The notes: generated by a model from the sequence alone, not told the origin. Positions 10,088 to 18,963 are shown, counted from the first letter of the stretch. The stretch is 24,957 bases of DNA from Octopus sinensis (GCF_006345805.1 NW_021836252.1:1-24957); one strand, 5' to 3'. A program made the numbers and translations.

Positions 10088-10134
<47 letters not shown>
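8620..10134 (+). mobile_element. Penelope-like element, 5' part: decayed RT domain and start of linker
   Basis: Frameshifted translation gives KRMKLKALFFD, FVISDKTN, LNPARSEIG, FQQWNNS..VIDWFKN, IHFDIIDFYPS (from ~9373), GLY*VDGL (decayed GLYRDDGL, 9659-9682), HKPNE, HSPAILKNL and EIFEKAAPYYNNVL. These are typical PLE RT motifs. Confidence 0.9.
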
Positions 10135-10136
<2 letters not shown>

Positions 10137-11478
10137 GTCTAGCACTGTACAAGCATACTTAAACTGGAGACAGAAACACCCTGAAGTAAGACCCTACATA
10201 GACAGTAACAAGCTTGCCAATGTTAGAAGAAACATTATAAAAAAGAAATTACTGACTGAAGTAGAGATTGATCAGGTTAGACAAGCAATATCGGATAAAA
10301 TGAACGAAGCTGCAGCTAGAGAAGATAATACAGAGGAAATGATTATAGACCAGCCCAGGGCGGATAAAAACGAAGAGAGGATTGAAAGAGTTAGTATAAG
10401 TGATAGGCAAAGTGAAATACGCCCTGAACCAATCATAAACACTAAGACAGATGAGCATCAAATAGATAAAGAAAGTCACACAAATATTGACCCAACAGAA
10501 CTACATGAGCTAAAAAATCATGATTGAATGGCTGAAAATTAAAGAAACCAGCATGGATGAGCGTGATACACTTCCTAAAATCCGCAACTCTAACCAAAAC
10601 ATGAAAATAATTGGTAAAATCCGGCTTGCACTTAAGGATATAATTTCAGTTAATGATATTGATATCACAAACCTCAACCACCTATACTATGCATCCGCGA
10701 AAATCTCAACGATCCTATGTGGTGTAAAGATTAGAAAACGGCAACAGTCCCACAAAAAGCCTTCTTGGCAAGAGCGTCTGCAACAACAAATTAAAGTATT
10801 TAGATCTGACATTGAATATTTGAAAAACCTTAAGGCTCACAAGACTACCAAACCTACAAAAACCCCAAAATTACTGAAAAAATACAATATGAAAACTATA
10901 CTTGATATTGATGCCACCATAGAAACCATCAAACAAAAGGTATCTGCCAAAGCTGCCCGCATAGCGAGGTATGAAAAGCGTGTTAGATTTTTCAAGGACA
11001 ACAACATGTTCAAAAATAACACCAAGAATTTTTACAGGAAGATAGGAAAAACAGCGTTTACTGCAGGGTCTGTACCATCAAAAGAAGAAGTGCAGAGATT
11101 TTGGAATAAAATCTGGGCAGAAGAAAAAACACACACAACGAAAAGGCCCCCTGGATTGACAGAATATCTACAGAACTGGACCCCTTAGAAGAGCAAAAGT
11201 GGGAGGGTGTCAAGGTAGAAGATATAAGATCTGCTCTCAGGAGGTCAAGCAAATGGAAGTCTCCAGGAAAGGATAAAATTCCTAACTTCTGGCTGAATGC
11301 CTTCCCAGAGAGCCATGAACTGCTAACAGAACTGTACAATGATGTTTTGCAACACCCTAGTAGGATGCCTCCTTGGCTAGTTAATGGGTTAACATTCCTG
11401 CTTCCAAAAAGTGAAGAAACAAATGAACCAAAAAACTATAGACCCATAACCTGCTTAACAACTATGTACAAAACCTAA
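10135..11478 (+). pseudogene. Frameshifted N-terminal part of the R4/Dong-like ORF
   Basis: WRQKHPEVRPYIDSNKLANVRR, KKPSWQERLQQQI, RIARYEKRVRFFKDNNMF..NTKNFYR and WKSPGKDKIPNFWL..PKNYRPITCLTTMYK lie in three successive frames. Confidence 0.85.
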
Positions 11479-11597
11479 CATCTGTCCTGACGGAATATAC
11501 CTATAGTTTTTTAACAGACAGCAGCATATTCCCTAATGAACAGAAAGGATGTAAACGTGGATCCTACGGCTGTAAAGACCAACTACTCATCAATAAG

Positions 11598-13517
11598 ATG
11601 ATCTTAGAAGATTGTCACAAACGACACAAAAACTTATCAATAGCCTGGATAGACTATAAAAAGGCTTTTGATAGCCTACCACATAGCTGGATTAGGAAAT
11701 GCCTTGAAATGTATAAGATAGCACCAACTCTGCGAAACTTCTTGACTGTAAGTATGAGATCATGGAGAACCACACTAACTCTGAACAGTGACAGTGAATC
11801 CCTAAATGCTGGTGATGTAAAAATTTCGTGTGGCATTTTCCAGGGTGACTCACTGTCACCACTCCTCTTTTGTTTATCCTTAATACCTCTCTCAAAGCTG
11901 CTCAATGACGCGCAGTACGGGTATAAAATGTTTGATAAAAATATAAATCATCTCGTTTACATGGATGATTTAAAGCTTTTTGCAAAAAATGATCAACAAC
12001 TCAAGGGCTTACTAGCGATAGTCAAACAATTCAGTGACGACATCAGAATGCAATTCGGCCTCGATAAATGTGCAAAGGCTACCTTTATCAAAGGAAAAAT
12101 GACAGAAACATCTAACGTTAACCTTGACCAACAGAATGTCATAAAAGAACTAGACCCAGCGGAGAGCTACAAGTACCTAGGGGTAATTGAAGGGAACGGA
12201 ATAAGGCATTCAGAGATGAAGGAAAGGATCAGGAGAGAATGCTATCGAAGAGTGAGAGCAATACTCAAGACAGAGCTGAATGCAAGAAACAGGATCGAAG
12301 CAATCAATGCATTAGCTATACCAGTCGTGACTTACAGTTTCAATATTGTTAACTGGTCAATTACTGAAATATGTCAGCTCGACAGAAAAATAAGGAAACT
12401 GTTGACAATGCATAGAATGCACCACCCTAAGGAAGATACAGAACGACTCTATCTGCCAAGAAAAGAGGGAGGCCGTGGTCTTTTGCAACTGGCAATAACA
12501 ATGAAGATTGCTACAATTGGCCTAGACACCTACCTGAAAAACTCTGAGGACTGGATGTTAAAACTTGTCTCAAAACATGAAAACAAGAAAGCATCATACT
12601 CAGTCACAAAACAGGCAAAGGAATATCTAAGTGAATTCCGAATACAACCAATTTCGGAATTAGAGATAGACATACAAGAAACAAGCACAGAAAAAGCTAG
12701 GCGCATGAAAACCCGTGCCAAAACTGCGGCCTTAGATATTCTGAATAATAAATGGCAAGAAAAACCTCTCTATGGCAAATACCCAAAGAGAGCGAATAAT
12801 GCAGATATCGACAAAGCCCTGACCCATCAATGGCTAATGGCCTCTGGCTTAAAATCTGAAACAGAGGGGTTTATCATAGCAGCTCAAGATCAATGCCTAC
12901 CAACAAGAAACTACCAGGCCAACATATTAAAGATCAGAAGCAGTCCAACGTGTCGTGTATGCAAGCAACAAAATGAAAACATTGACCATGTGGTCTCCAA
13001 GTGCAGTCTTCTAGCGCCTACAGAGTATCTCAACAGGCACGATAGAGCTGCACAATATATTCACTGGGTAATCTGTAAAAACCTGGATTTGCCCCATGAA
13101 AAAAACTGGTGGGAACACAAACCACCCCCAGTGCTTGAAAATGACCACATCTCACTCCTCTGGAACTTCACCATTCAAACTGACAGGAAGATAGATGCAA
13201 ATAGGCCAGACATCATATTGAAAGACTTCAAACAAAGAACATGCCTCCTCATTGATATGACTGTCCCAATCGATATAAACGTATCTGTCAGGACCTACCA
13301 AAAACTGAGCAAATATAAAGATCTTGAAATAGAAATCAGCAAAATGTGGAAGCTGAAGACTAAAACAATACCTGTTGTCATAGGTGCCCTGGGAATGATA
13401 GCAAAAGGGGCTGATAGCTACCTAACTCAGATACCAGGAAACCCAAAAATGGCAGAAGTTCAAAAGATAGTGCTCATGGGAACTGCTCATATCCTACGCA
13501 AAATACTCTCTATGTAA
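11598..13517 (+). CDS. Non-LTR retrotransposon RT + CCHC zinc knuckle + restriction-like endonuclease (R4 clade)
   Basis: WIDYKKAFDSLPH, GIFQGDSLSPLLF, YMDDLKLF, FGLDKC, YKYLG, CRVC..ENIDHVVSKC, RHD, RPDIIL..LIDMTVP..K.SKY. The frame is open from ~11477. Confidence 0.95.
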   Translation: MILEDCHKRHKNLSIAWIDYKKAFDSLPHSWIRKCLEMYKIAPTLRNFLTVSMRSWRTTLTLNSDSESLNAGDVKISCGIFQGDSLSPLLFCLSLIPLSKLLNDAQYGYKMFDKNINHLVYMDDLKLFAKNDQQLKGLLAIVKQFSDDIRMQFGLDKCAKATFIKGKMTETSNVNLDQQNVIKELDPAESYKYLGVIEGNGIRHSEMKERIRRECYRRVRAILKTELNARNRIEAINALAIPVVTYSFNIVNWSITEICQLDRKIRKLLTMHRMHHPKEDTERLYLPRKEGGRGLLQLAITMKIATIGLDTYLKNSEDWMLKLVSKHENKKASYSVTKQAKEYLSEFRIQPISELEIDIQETSTEKARRMKTRAKTAALDILNNKWQEKPLYGKYPKRANNADIDKALTHQWLMASGLKSETEGFIIAAQDQCLPTRNYQANILKIRSSPTCRVCKQQNENIDHVVSKCSLLAPTEYLNRHDRAAQYIHWVICKNLDLPHEKNWWEHKPPPVLENDHISLLWNFTIQTDRKIDANRPDIILKDFKQRTCLLIDMTVPIDINVSVRTYQKLSKYKDLEIEISKMWKLKTKTIPVVIGALGMIAKGADSYLTQIPGNPKMAEVQKIVLMGTAHILRKILSM

Positions 13518-13735
13518 CCTCAAGGTTTAAAACAACCATAATTTTCGGTTTAAAAAAAAAAAAAAAAAAAAAACTTTTTTTTTTTAGACATTCATTAGTA
13601 CAACATCCCCACCCCCCAAATATATGGCACACTAGGCATAACAACAACATGAACTTCCAACCCTGTTGTCTCTTGAGGTCTCTGGGTGAGACTTGGAGCC
13701 AACTTGTACAAATATAAAGCAAAAGTCAAACATAG

Positions 13736-14735
13736 AATAATAATAATAATAATGATGATAAGAATATTAGACCTAAAATAAGCAAAAGAAAATTATTTGG
13801 TTTGCCCCTTTCTTTTCCTTAATTGTAAAAACTAATTTAGGTAAAAAGATTCCTGTCTCTCCCAGACAAATACTTTTCAGTAACTCACAGATACAGAAAA
13901 ATATTTAAGAGGCATCCGTGAAATTATATAGCTGCTGTTCCAATATAAAATGTATCATTACAGGAGGTTGATGCCAAGAGATTAAATCCAGTTGTAACTA
14001 TCGAGACCCAAGATCCTGTCCACTTGATCAACGGTGTATGATTAAATTTGTTAAATACGAGGCAGGAGTTACTGCAACGGTAGATGATAATACAATAGAT
14101 AAGAAGGCCTATATTGGATTATGTGAAAGAGAATTTAAAAATCGCTATGCCAATCACATAACCTCCTTCCGACATAAGGACAAAAGCAAAGTTACTAAGT
14201 TGGCTAGCCACGTATGGTGTCTGATATCTAACGCAACACCACATGTGATAAAGTGGAAAATAATTGAAAAATCCACACCTTATGTTAATGGATCAAATAA
14301 ATGTAAACTATGATTAGCTGAAAGAGCACTGATCCATTTCAGATCTAAGATCCTTAATTCGCTACTGAACTCTAGGCTTGAAATTTTCAGCAGTTGTAAA
14401 CATATGTCTAAGTATATTCTGCGGAATTGGAAAATTCTGCCTATACCTGATTAACTTGTTGATAACTTTCCAGTCTAATAGTTTAAGGTCTAAAGAGAAT
14501 AACTCTTTTACCTTTTTTTTACTTTTTGGTTTTCCATTTTTAACCTTGCGCGTTTTCTATATGCTTCCTTCTCAAATTTTCTTGTATTTCTCTCATGAAA
14601 AAGTTTTAGTTATGATATGTGGTTTGTGTCTGATGATTATCTTTGAGGTGTTTCTTAACATATGAAACTATTAGTAGCATATAAACACATATATTGTGTC
14701 TATTAAGTAATATTTATATCTCACCAGATGGACTA
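13736..14735 (+). mobile_element. Penelope-like element, 3' part: linker end, Cys motif, GIY-YIG endonuclease, 3' UTR
   Basis: RPKISKRK/IIWFAPFFSLIVKTNLGK, HRYRKIF, SCCSNIK, CNYRDPRSCPLDQRC, VKY..YIGLCEREFKNRYANHITSF..LASHVW..WKII..CKL*..LNSRLEIFSSCKH. Directly continues the ORF broken at 10134. Confidence 0.9.
14625..14689 (+). ncRNA. Degenerate type I hammerhead ribozyme motif in the PLE 3' UTR
   Basis: CTGATGA 14630-14636, partial stem II TTGAG/CTTAA, GAAA 14664-14667, CTA/TAG stem III, possible stem I TGTGT/ACACA. The U16.1-H17 register is off. Confidence 0.45.
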
Positions 14736-14797
14736 CTTTTTTGTTGATCTTATATATATAATGTGTGTGTGTATCTCTCTCTCTCTCTCTCTCTTTC

Positions 14798-14828
<31 letters not shown>

Positions 14829-14854
14829 GTATAATGTATAGGTGGTCTCTCCAT

Positions 14855-15272
14855 ACCGAGAAAATTATTACGAGATTCGAGTCCCTCCAGACAACAAACG
14901 AGTCATGACTCATGCTGGGAGCGCCTTGAAAGCATTGATCCTTTATTCTAAAGACATGATCCTTTGCGTAATGTCGAGAATATAACAGCAGCATTGTCCA
15001 AGCAACGTTAAGTTCAAATTCCGATTTTATCCAAGTGCGCTCGTTCCCCCACCTCCAACACAATTCGGGCTCACAGCACGTAAATATACTGCGTCACAAT
15101 TATTTTTCAACGGGCCCTGGTGTGTTTGACATTATCCTAAAACGAATCAAAGATAAAGATCCCTTCACCATCAAACGATATCTGGACAGATTTCTTCGAG
15201 GGATATGAGACAAGCTGCCTTTTATATAGATACATCTCAGTCAACAACAACTTCCTAGTTGAACTGGCCATG
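14855..15272 (+). mobile_element. Decayed 3' end of a CR1/Jockey-group LINE ORF2
   Basis: Decayed (Y)WERL-type motif near 14915, then LRHNYFSTGPGVFDIILKRIKDKDPFTIKRYLDRFL, matching the C-terminal pattern of CR1-like ORF2. Confidence 0.6.
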
Positions 15273-15404
15273 ATGTCATAAAACTTGATTTTAAAACGAT
15301 TTAACAGATTTTATCAGCAGGTTGTGCTATTTAGTTAGACATATTCTGGGCTAATTTTTGGCCAGAACACAAGTTTATCTAAGTTTATATACTCATCCCA
15401 TATT

Positions 15405-15511
<107 letters not shown>

Positions 15512-15678
15512 CAGGGGTTGGACAAAATAATGGAAACACCTTAAAATTTCAAACAAATTTATTTTAATGGACTCGTACAAAGTTTGAATTGTTTCCAAAG
15601 GAATTTTTGTCCATTCTTCAGCTAAAACAGTCTCTAGTTCTTGTAGTGATGATGGTGGAGGATATCGACTCCTTACTT
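15512..15678 (-). mobile_element. Tc1-family transposon 3' end
   Basis: TA|CAGGGGTTGGACAAAATAATGGAAACACC TIR; the reverse strand encodes VRSRYPPPSSLQELETVLAEEWTKIPLETIQTLYESI (Tc1 C-terminal helix region). Confidence 0.85.
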
Positions 15679-15884
15679 CAGTACTATATTTAATTATGTA
15701 CATTATTTACATTATTTACATTTGACGCATATTTGTCCTCATCTTGTTTGCTGTTAACACAACGTTTCGATTGATATACCCTCCATCTTCGTCAGGTGCC
15801 TTGGGGAAATTTCGAACCTGGGTTCTCATTTCTAACGTATTTTTCTATGCTGTTCCCTCATCATCATCGTCGTCGTCGTCGTCG

Positions 15885-15921
<37 letters not shown>

Positions 15922-16043
15922 GTTATTATTATTATTATTATTATCATTATTATTATTATTATTATTATTCAGGTCACTACCTGGAATCGAACTCGGTATC
16001 TTGAGGTTAGTTGCCTGCGCTCTTGAATCATTACGCCATATGC
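15679..16043 (-). mobile_element. tRNA-headed, hammerhead-containing SINE-like element
   Basis: A box TGGCGTAATGA (16028-16038) and B box GAGTTCGATTCC (15983-15994) start 44 nt apart. Then a triplet microsatellite, a hammerhead, and a 3' terminus shared with 24541-24711. Confidence 0.75.
15756..15800 (-). ncRNA. Minimal type I hammerhead ribozyme
   Basis: RNA: GGCAC CUGACGA A GAUGG AGGGUAUA UCAAUC GAAA CG UU GUGUU. Core intact, stem II weakened by a 1-nt loss, GUU cleavage triplet. Confidence 0.75.
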
Positions 16044-16324
16044 ACCATAAATGTTCAATAATTTTGAAATCTTGAGATAGAATATTGGTGTTTATTTCAC
16101 TTGTGATCTAAACGAATAGGCACGCTGGGTAAGTGCTGTAACGGATTATCAGTTCTCCAAGCTCGTAACCGAGACGGGAGCTATGGATCCATTTTAGGCT
16201 TCCGATATAGCGAATATATATTTGGGAAAGAGGAAAACAGCAAGGCATAACAAGCATATCGAGTCATATACATTATTATTCTTAAGTTAGTTGAGATCTT
16301 ACAGCTGTTCCTAGAATATCCCAT

Positions 16325-16328
<4 letters not shown>

Positions 16329-16368
<40 letters not shown>
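16329..16368. repeat. (TA)n microsatellite
   Basis: Pure TA run. Confidence 0.95.
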
Positions 16369-16369
<1 letters not shown>

Positions 16370-16441
16370 CTCAAATTTACAGAAAGGTGAGGAAGCAACA
16401 GGCAAGTGTATTAGTTTGATGCTCGGGAAGAATGGAGAAGA

Positions 16442-16477
16442 CTTTGATGTTTTGAGCCTTAGCTCTTCGACAGAGAA
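16442..16477 (-). ncRNA. Decayed hammerhead ribozyme motif (second family)
   Basis: RNA: CUGUCGA A GAGC UAAG GCUC AAAA CAUC AAAG. Perfect 4-bp stem II, but core changes CUGA>CUGU, GAAA>AAAA and CGUC>CAUC (the last two are CpG-type). Confidence 0.55.
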
Positions 16478-16570
16478 AAATGGGAAGAGAACAAGAAAAA
16501 TGGAGTGAGAAGAAAATGTGTAAGGATTAACGGTTTAACATGATGAAATGAAATAAAATACCACTACTAT

Positions 16571-16573
<3 letters not shown>

Positions 16574-16623
<50 letters not shown>

Positions 16624-16656
16624 ACACACACACACACACACCACACACACACACAC
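16574..16656. repeat. (CA)n microsatellite
   Basis: CA run, probably expanded from the internal tract of the adjacent SINE. Confidence 0.9.
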
Positions 16657-16680
16657 ATCCTATGGATGTCACATATATAA

Positions 16681-16841
16681 GACGGGCTTCTTTCAGTTTC
16701 CGTCTACCAAATGCACTCACAAGCCTTTGGTCGGCCCGTAGCTATAGTAGAAAACACTTGCCCAAGGTGCCACGCAGTGGGACTGAACTCGGAACCATGT
16801 GGTTGGGAAGCAAGCTACTTACCACATAGCCACTCCTATGC
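16681..16841 (-). mobile_element. SINE family A, 5' half
   Basis: Reverse complement GCATAGGAGTGGCTATGTGGTAAG..GAGTTCAGTCCCACTGCGTGGCACCTTGGGCAAGTG..GACGGAAACTGAAAGAAGCCCGTC. Confidence 0.9.
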
Positions 16842-16876
16842 ATGTATATATACATATAAAATTCAAATAATCAAAA

Positions 16877-17168
16877 TATATAATAAAAAGTCAGGGTACA
16901 GTATGTATCTGTTTGTTTGAAAGAGGAATTAAAACCCTCCAAAACCACGCATCTCTCACAATATGTAAACACGCACGGAGAAAATAGCAAATACATTTCT
17001 CCGAAACAGTCCTCCCACTTGTAAGATACATTTAGTAAAATACAAATGAGATCAGAGACATTATCGTATCAATTGATTTCGTTTTTGTGAGAGATGTGGG
17101 GTTTTAACTCCTCTTTCAAGCAAACAGGCACATATTGTACCCCGACGTTTCTTAAAATTTATTATATA
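16877..17168. repeat. Long imperfect inverted repeat (MITE/fold-back-like)
   Basis: Arm 16890-16961 pairs with 17085-17146 (e.g. TGTTTG(T/C)TTGAAAGAGGA(A/G)TTAAAACCC; CATCTCTCACAA). Outer TATATAATAAA at 16877-16887 pairs with 17158-17168. Confidence 0.8.
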
Positions 17169-17554
17169 AGTTGGACATAGGCGATCGTTGCATTCTTTCT
17201 TGTCTTGAGGTTCACAGCCAAACGGCTGGGTAGATTCGCGTGAAAAATGGCACACAGATGGGGACTGGTGCATATATTGTGCTACAGTTTGTATTTTTCC
17301 ATAGCCTCCATAGTTACCGAGAAAATTACTTAAAACTTTTCTATTGGAATTCCCCAGTTTGTTCCACCATTAAAACAACATGTGGCTCACACAGCCGGCA
17401 TATACCATTTCGCTAGCGACAAGGAGTGTACAGGATGACAGTCAGTCAGAATTTTCGCGATGCTGTCTCTCTTCTTTCACCTCTTTGGGTTAATAATCTT
17501 AATCTTTAGTTACATTTTCTCATTCAAACTACATAATAGGTAGAATTGTCGGAT

Positions 17555-17611
17555 TAAGACAGTAGGGAGTTTTGAGGGAGATTTGGCTGATATTTCTACC
17601 AGGTCTAGCTA
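17555..17611 (-). mobile_element. Family C repeat fragment
   Basis: Reverse complement TAGAAATATCAGCCAAATCTCCCTCAAAACTC resembles 4575-4607. Confidence 0.5.
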
Positions 17612-17754
17612 TCATGTAGAAGTCTGAACTTAATTTTCATTCACATATTTGCATTTCAAAAATTTAACATAATCTTTTCCATAAATCAACTATCGTAAAA
17701 ATTTGATACGATTTTCGCACATTTTCTATGTATGTGTGTGTACCTTAAAAGACG

Positions 17755-18176
17755 TCAATCATCACGACACACACCTTCACTCACTCGGTCTATATCTCTA
17801 TCTCACTCTCTTTCTCTCTCACATACACACGCGCAAGCACGCACGCACGCACGTACACACACACATACACACACTCACACCTCTATTTCATATATGTTCT
17901 TTCAATTTCTGCTCTCTGCATGTAAAAATTTTACGTATACAACTGCTTACAAAAATGGGGATTAATGTATAATTTCTTCTAATTTCATAATTAAATCAAT
18001 GATTTAATGATTAGACATACGTCCAATAGAATAGCTCTTAGAAACAGACTACGTACAAATACATCAATCATCACGACACACCTTCACTCACTCACTCACT
18101 CACTCTATCTCTCTTTCTCACCCACTTTATCTCTCACATACACACGCGCAAGCCCGCACGCACACACACACACACA

Positions 18177-18215
<39 letters not shown>

Positions 18216-18391
18216 CATTTCACATACCTTTCAATTTCTGCTCTCTGCAAATAAATTTTTTTATGAATACAACTGCTTACAAAAACAGGGATTAATGTAT
18301 AATTTCATTCTATGTTCATAATTAAATCAATGTTTTAATGATTAGACAGACGTCCAATAGAATTGCTCTCAGAAACAGACTACGCACAAAT
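17755..18391. repeat. Tandem duplication of a ~310-bp unit
   Basis: Units 17755-18063 and 18064-18391 both start TCAATCATCACGACACAC and end CAGACTACG(T/C)ACAAAT; unique portions align closely while the internal microsatellites differ. Confidence 0.9.
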
Positions 18392-18578
18392 TCGTTCTTC
18401 ACAACTCCTGAAGCTGTTTTCTGACAAGGGTGGGGCGAGTCAGAAAATTTTCATACAGCTGGAGGCTCCAATCGAAACAGGAGACCCGAAAAGATAAGGC
18501 TGAGAAGCGCTCTTATAGATTATGCCTAACCGAAACCGATCACAGCCACATCATTCAAACAACTGGGCTTAGTTGCTA

Positions 18579-18613
<35 letters not shown>

Positions 18614-18855
18614 CGTGGTCTGATCAATAAGTATCCGGACTAGTGGCATAGTAACGAAGCTAAAGTACACAGAGTGAAGAAGCTACACACCTTCCTTCCA
18701 AGCACTGCTGTAAACAGCGGAACTGAGATAGAACGTCAAAACTTACTGCACATGCACAGCGGTATCCAATGTCAATCGGTGCCAAGCAGTTTTAATCAGC
18801 GTGCTTTAGCTTCGTTACTATGGTTACAGTCAGGATTCTTATCGATCGGACCTCG
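18614..18855. mobile_element. Mariner-derived MITE (242 bp)
   Basis: 57-bp TIRs 18614-18670 / 18799-18855 (45/57 match) starting CG(T/A)GGTC(T/C)GATC(A/G)ATAAG; TA on both sides, next to (TA)n. Confidence 0.85.
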
Positions 18856-18870
18856 TATATATATATATAA

Positions 18871-18963
<93 letters not shown>
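18856..18963. repeat. (TA)n(TG)n compound microsatellite
   Basis: TA run followed by a long TG run. Confidence 0.95.

Larger units (their letters stand above)
10135..13735 (+). mobile_element. R4/Dong-like RLE non-LTR retrotransposon, 5'-truncated, inserted in (AAT)n
   Basis: One reconstructed ORF with 3 frameshifts (~10515, ~11130, ~11475), then a 3' UTR at 13518-13735. Flanked by (AAT)15 and (AAT)6. C-terminus GTAHILRKILSM* is typical of the R4 clade. Confidence 0.9.

Noticed and set aside
10249-12721. Minus-strand and alternate-frame ORFs over the R4-like element
   Set aside because: Shadow ORFs of the retrotransposon coding sequence.
15970-16043. Genuine tRNA gene
   Set aside because: The acceptor and T stems do not pair and the A box is degenerate; treated as a SINE-type head.
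17061-17273. Cys-rich 70-aa ORF
   Set aside because: Largely overlaps one arm of the inverted-repeat element; no domain recognised.
18417-18550. 9-bp hairpin TTTTCTGAC/GTCAGAAAA and GGCTGAGAAG..GAAACCGATCACAGCC as a ribozyme remnant
   Set aside because: CUGANGA is not intact and stem II cannot be drawn; too speculative without homologs.
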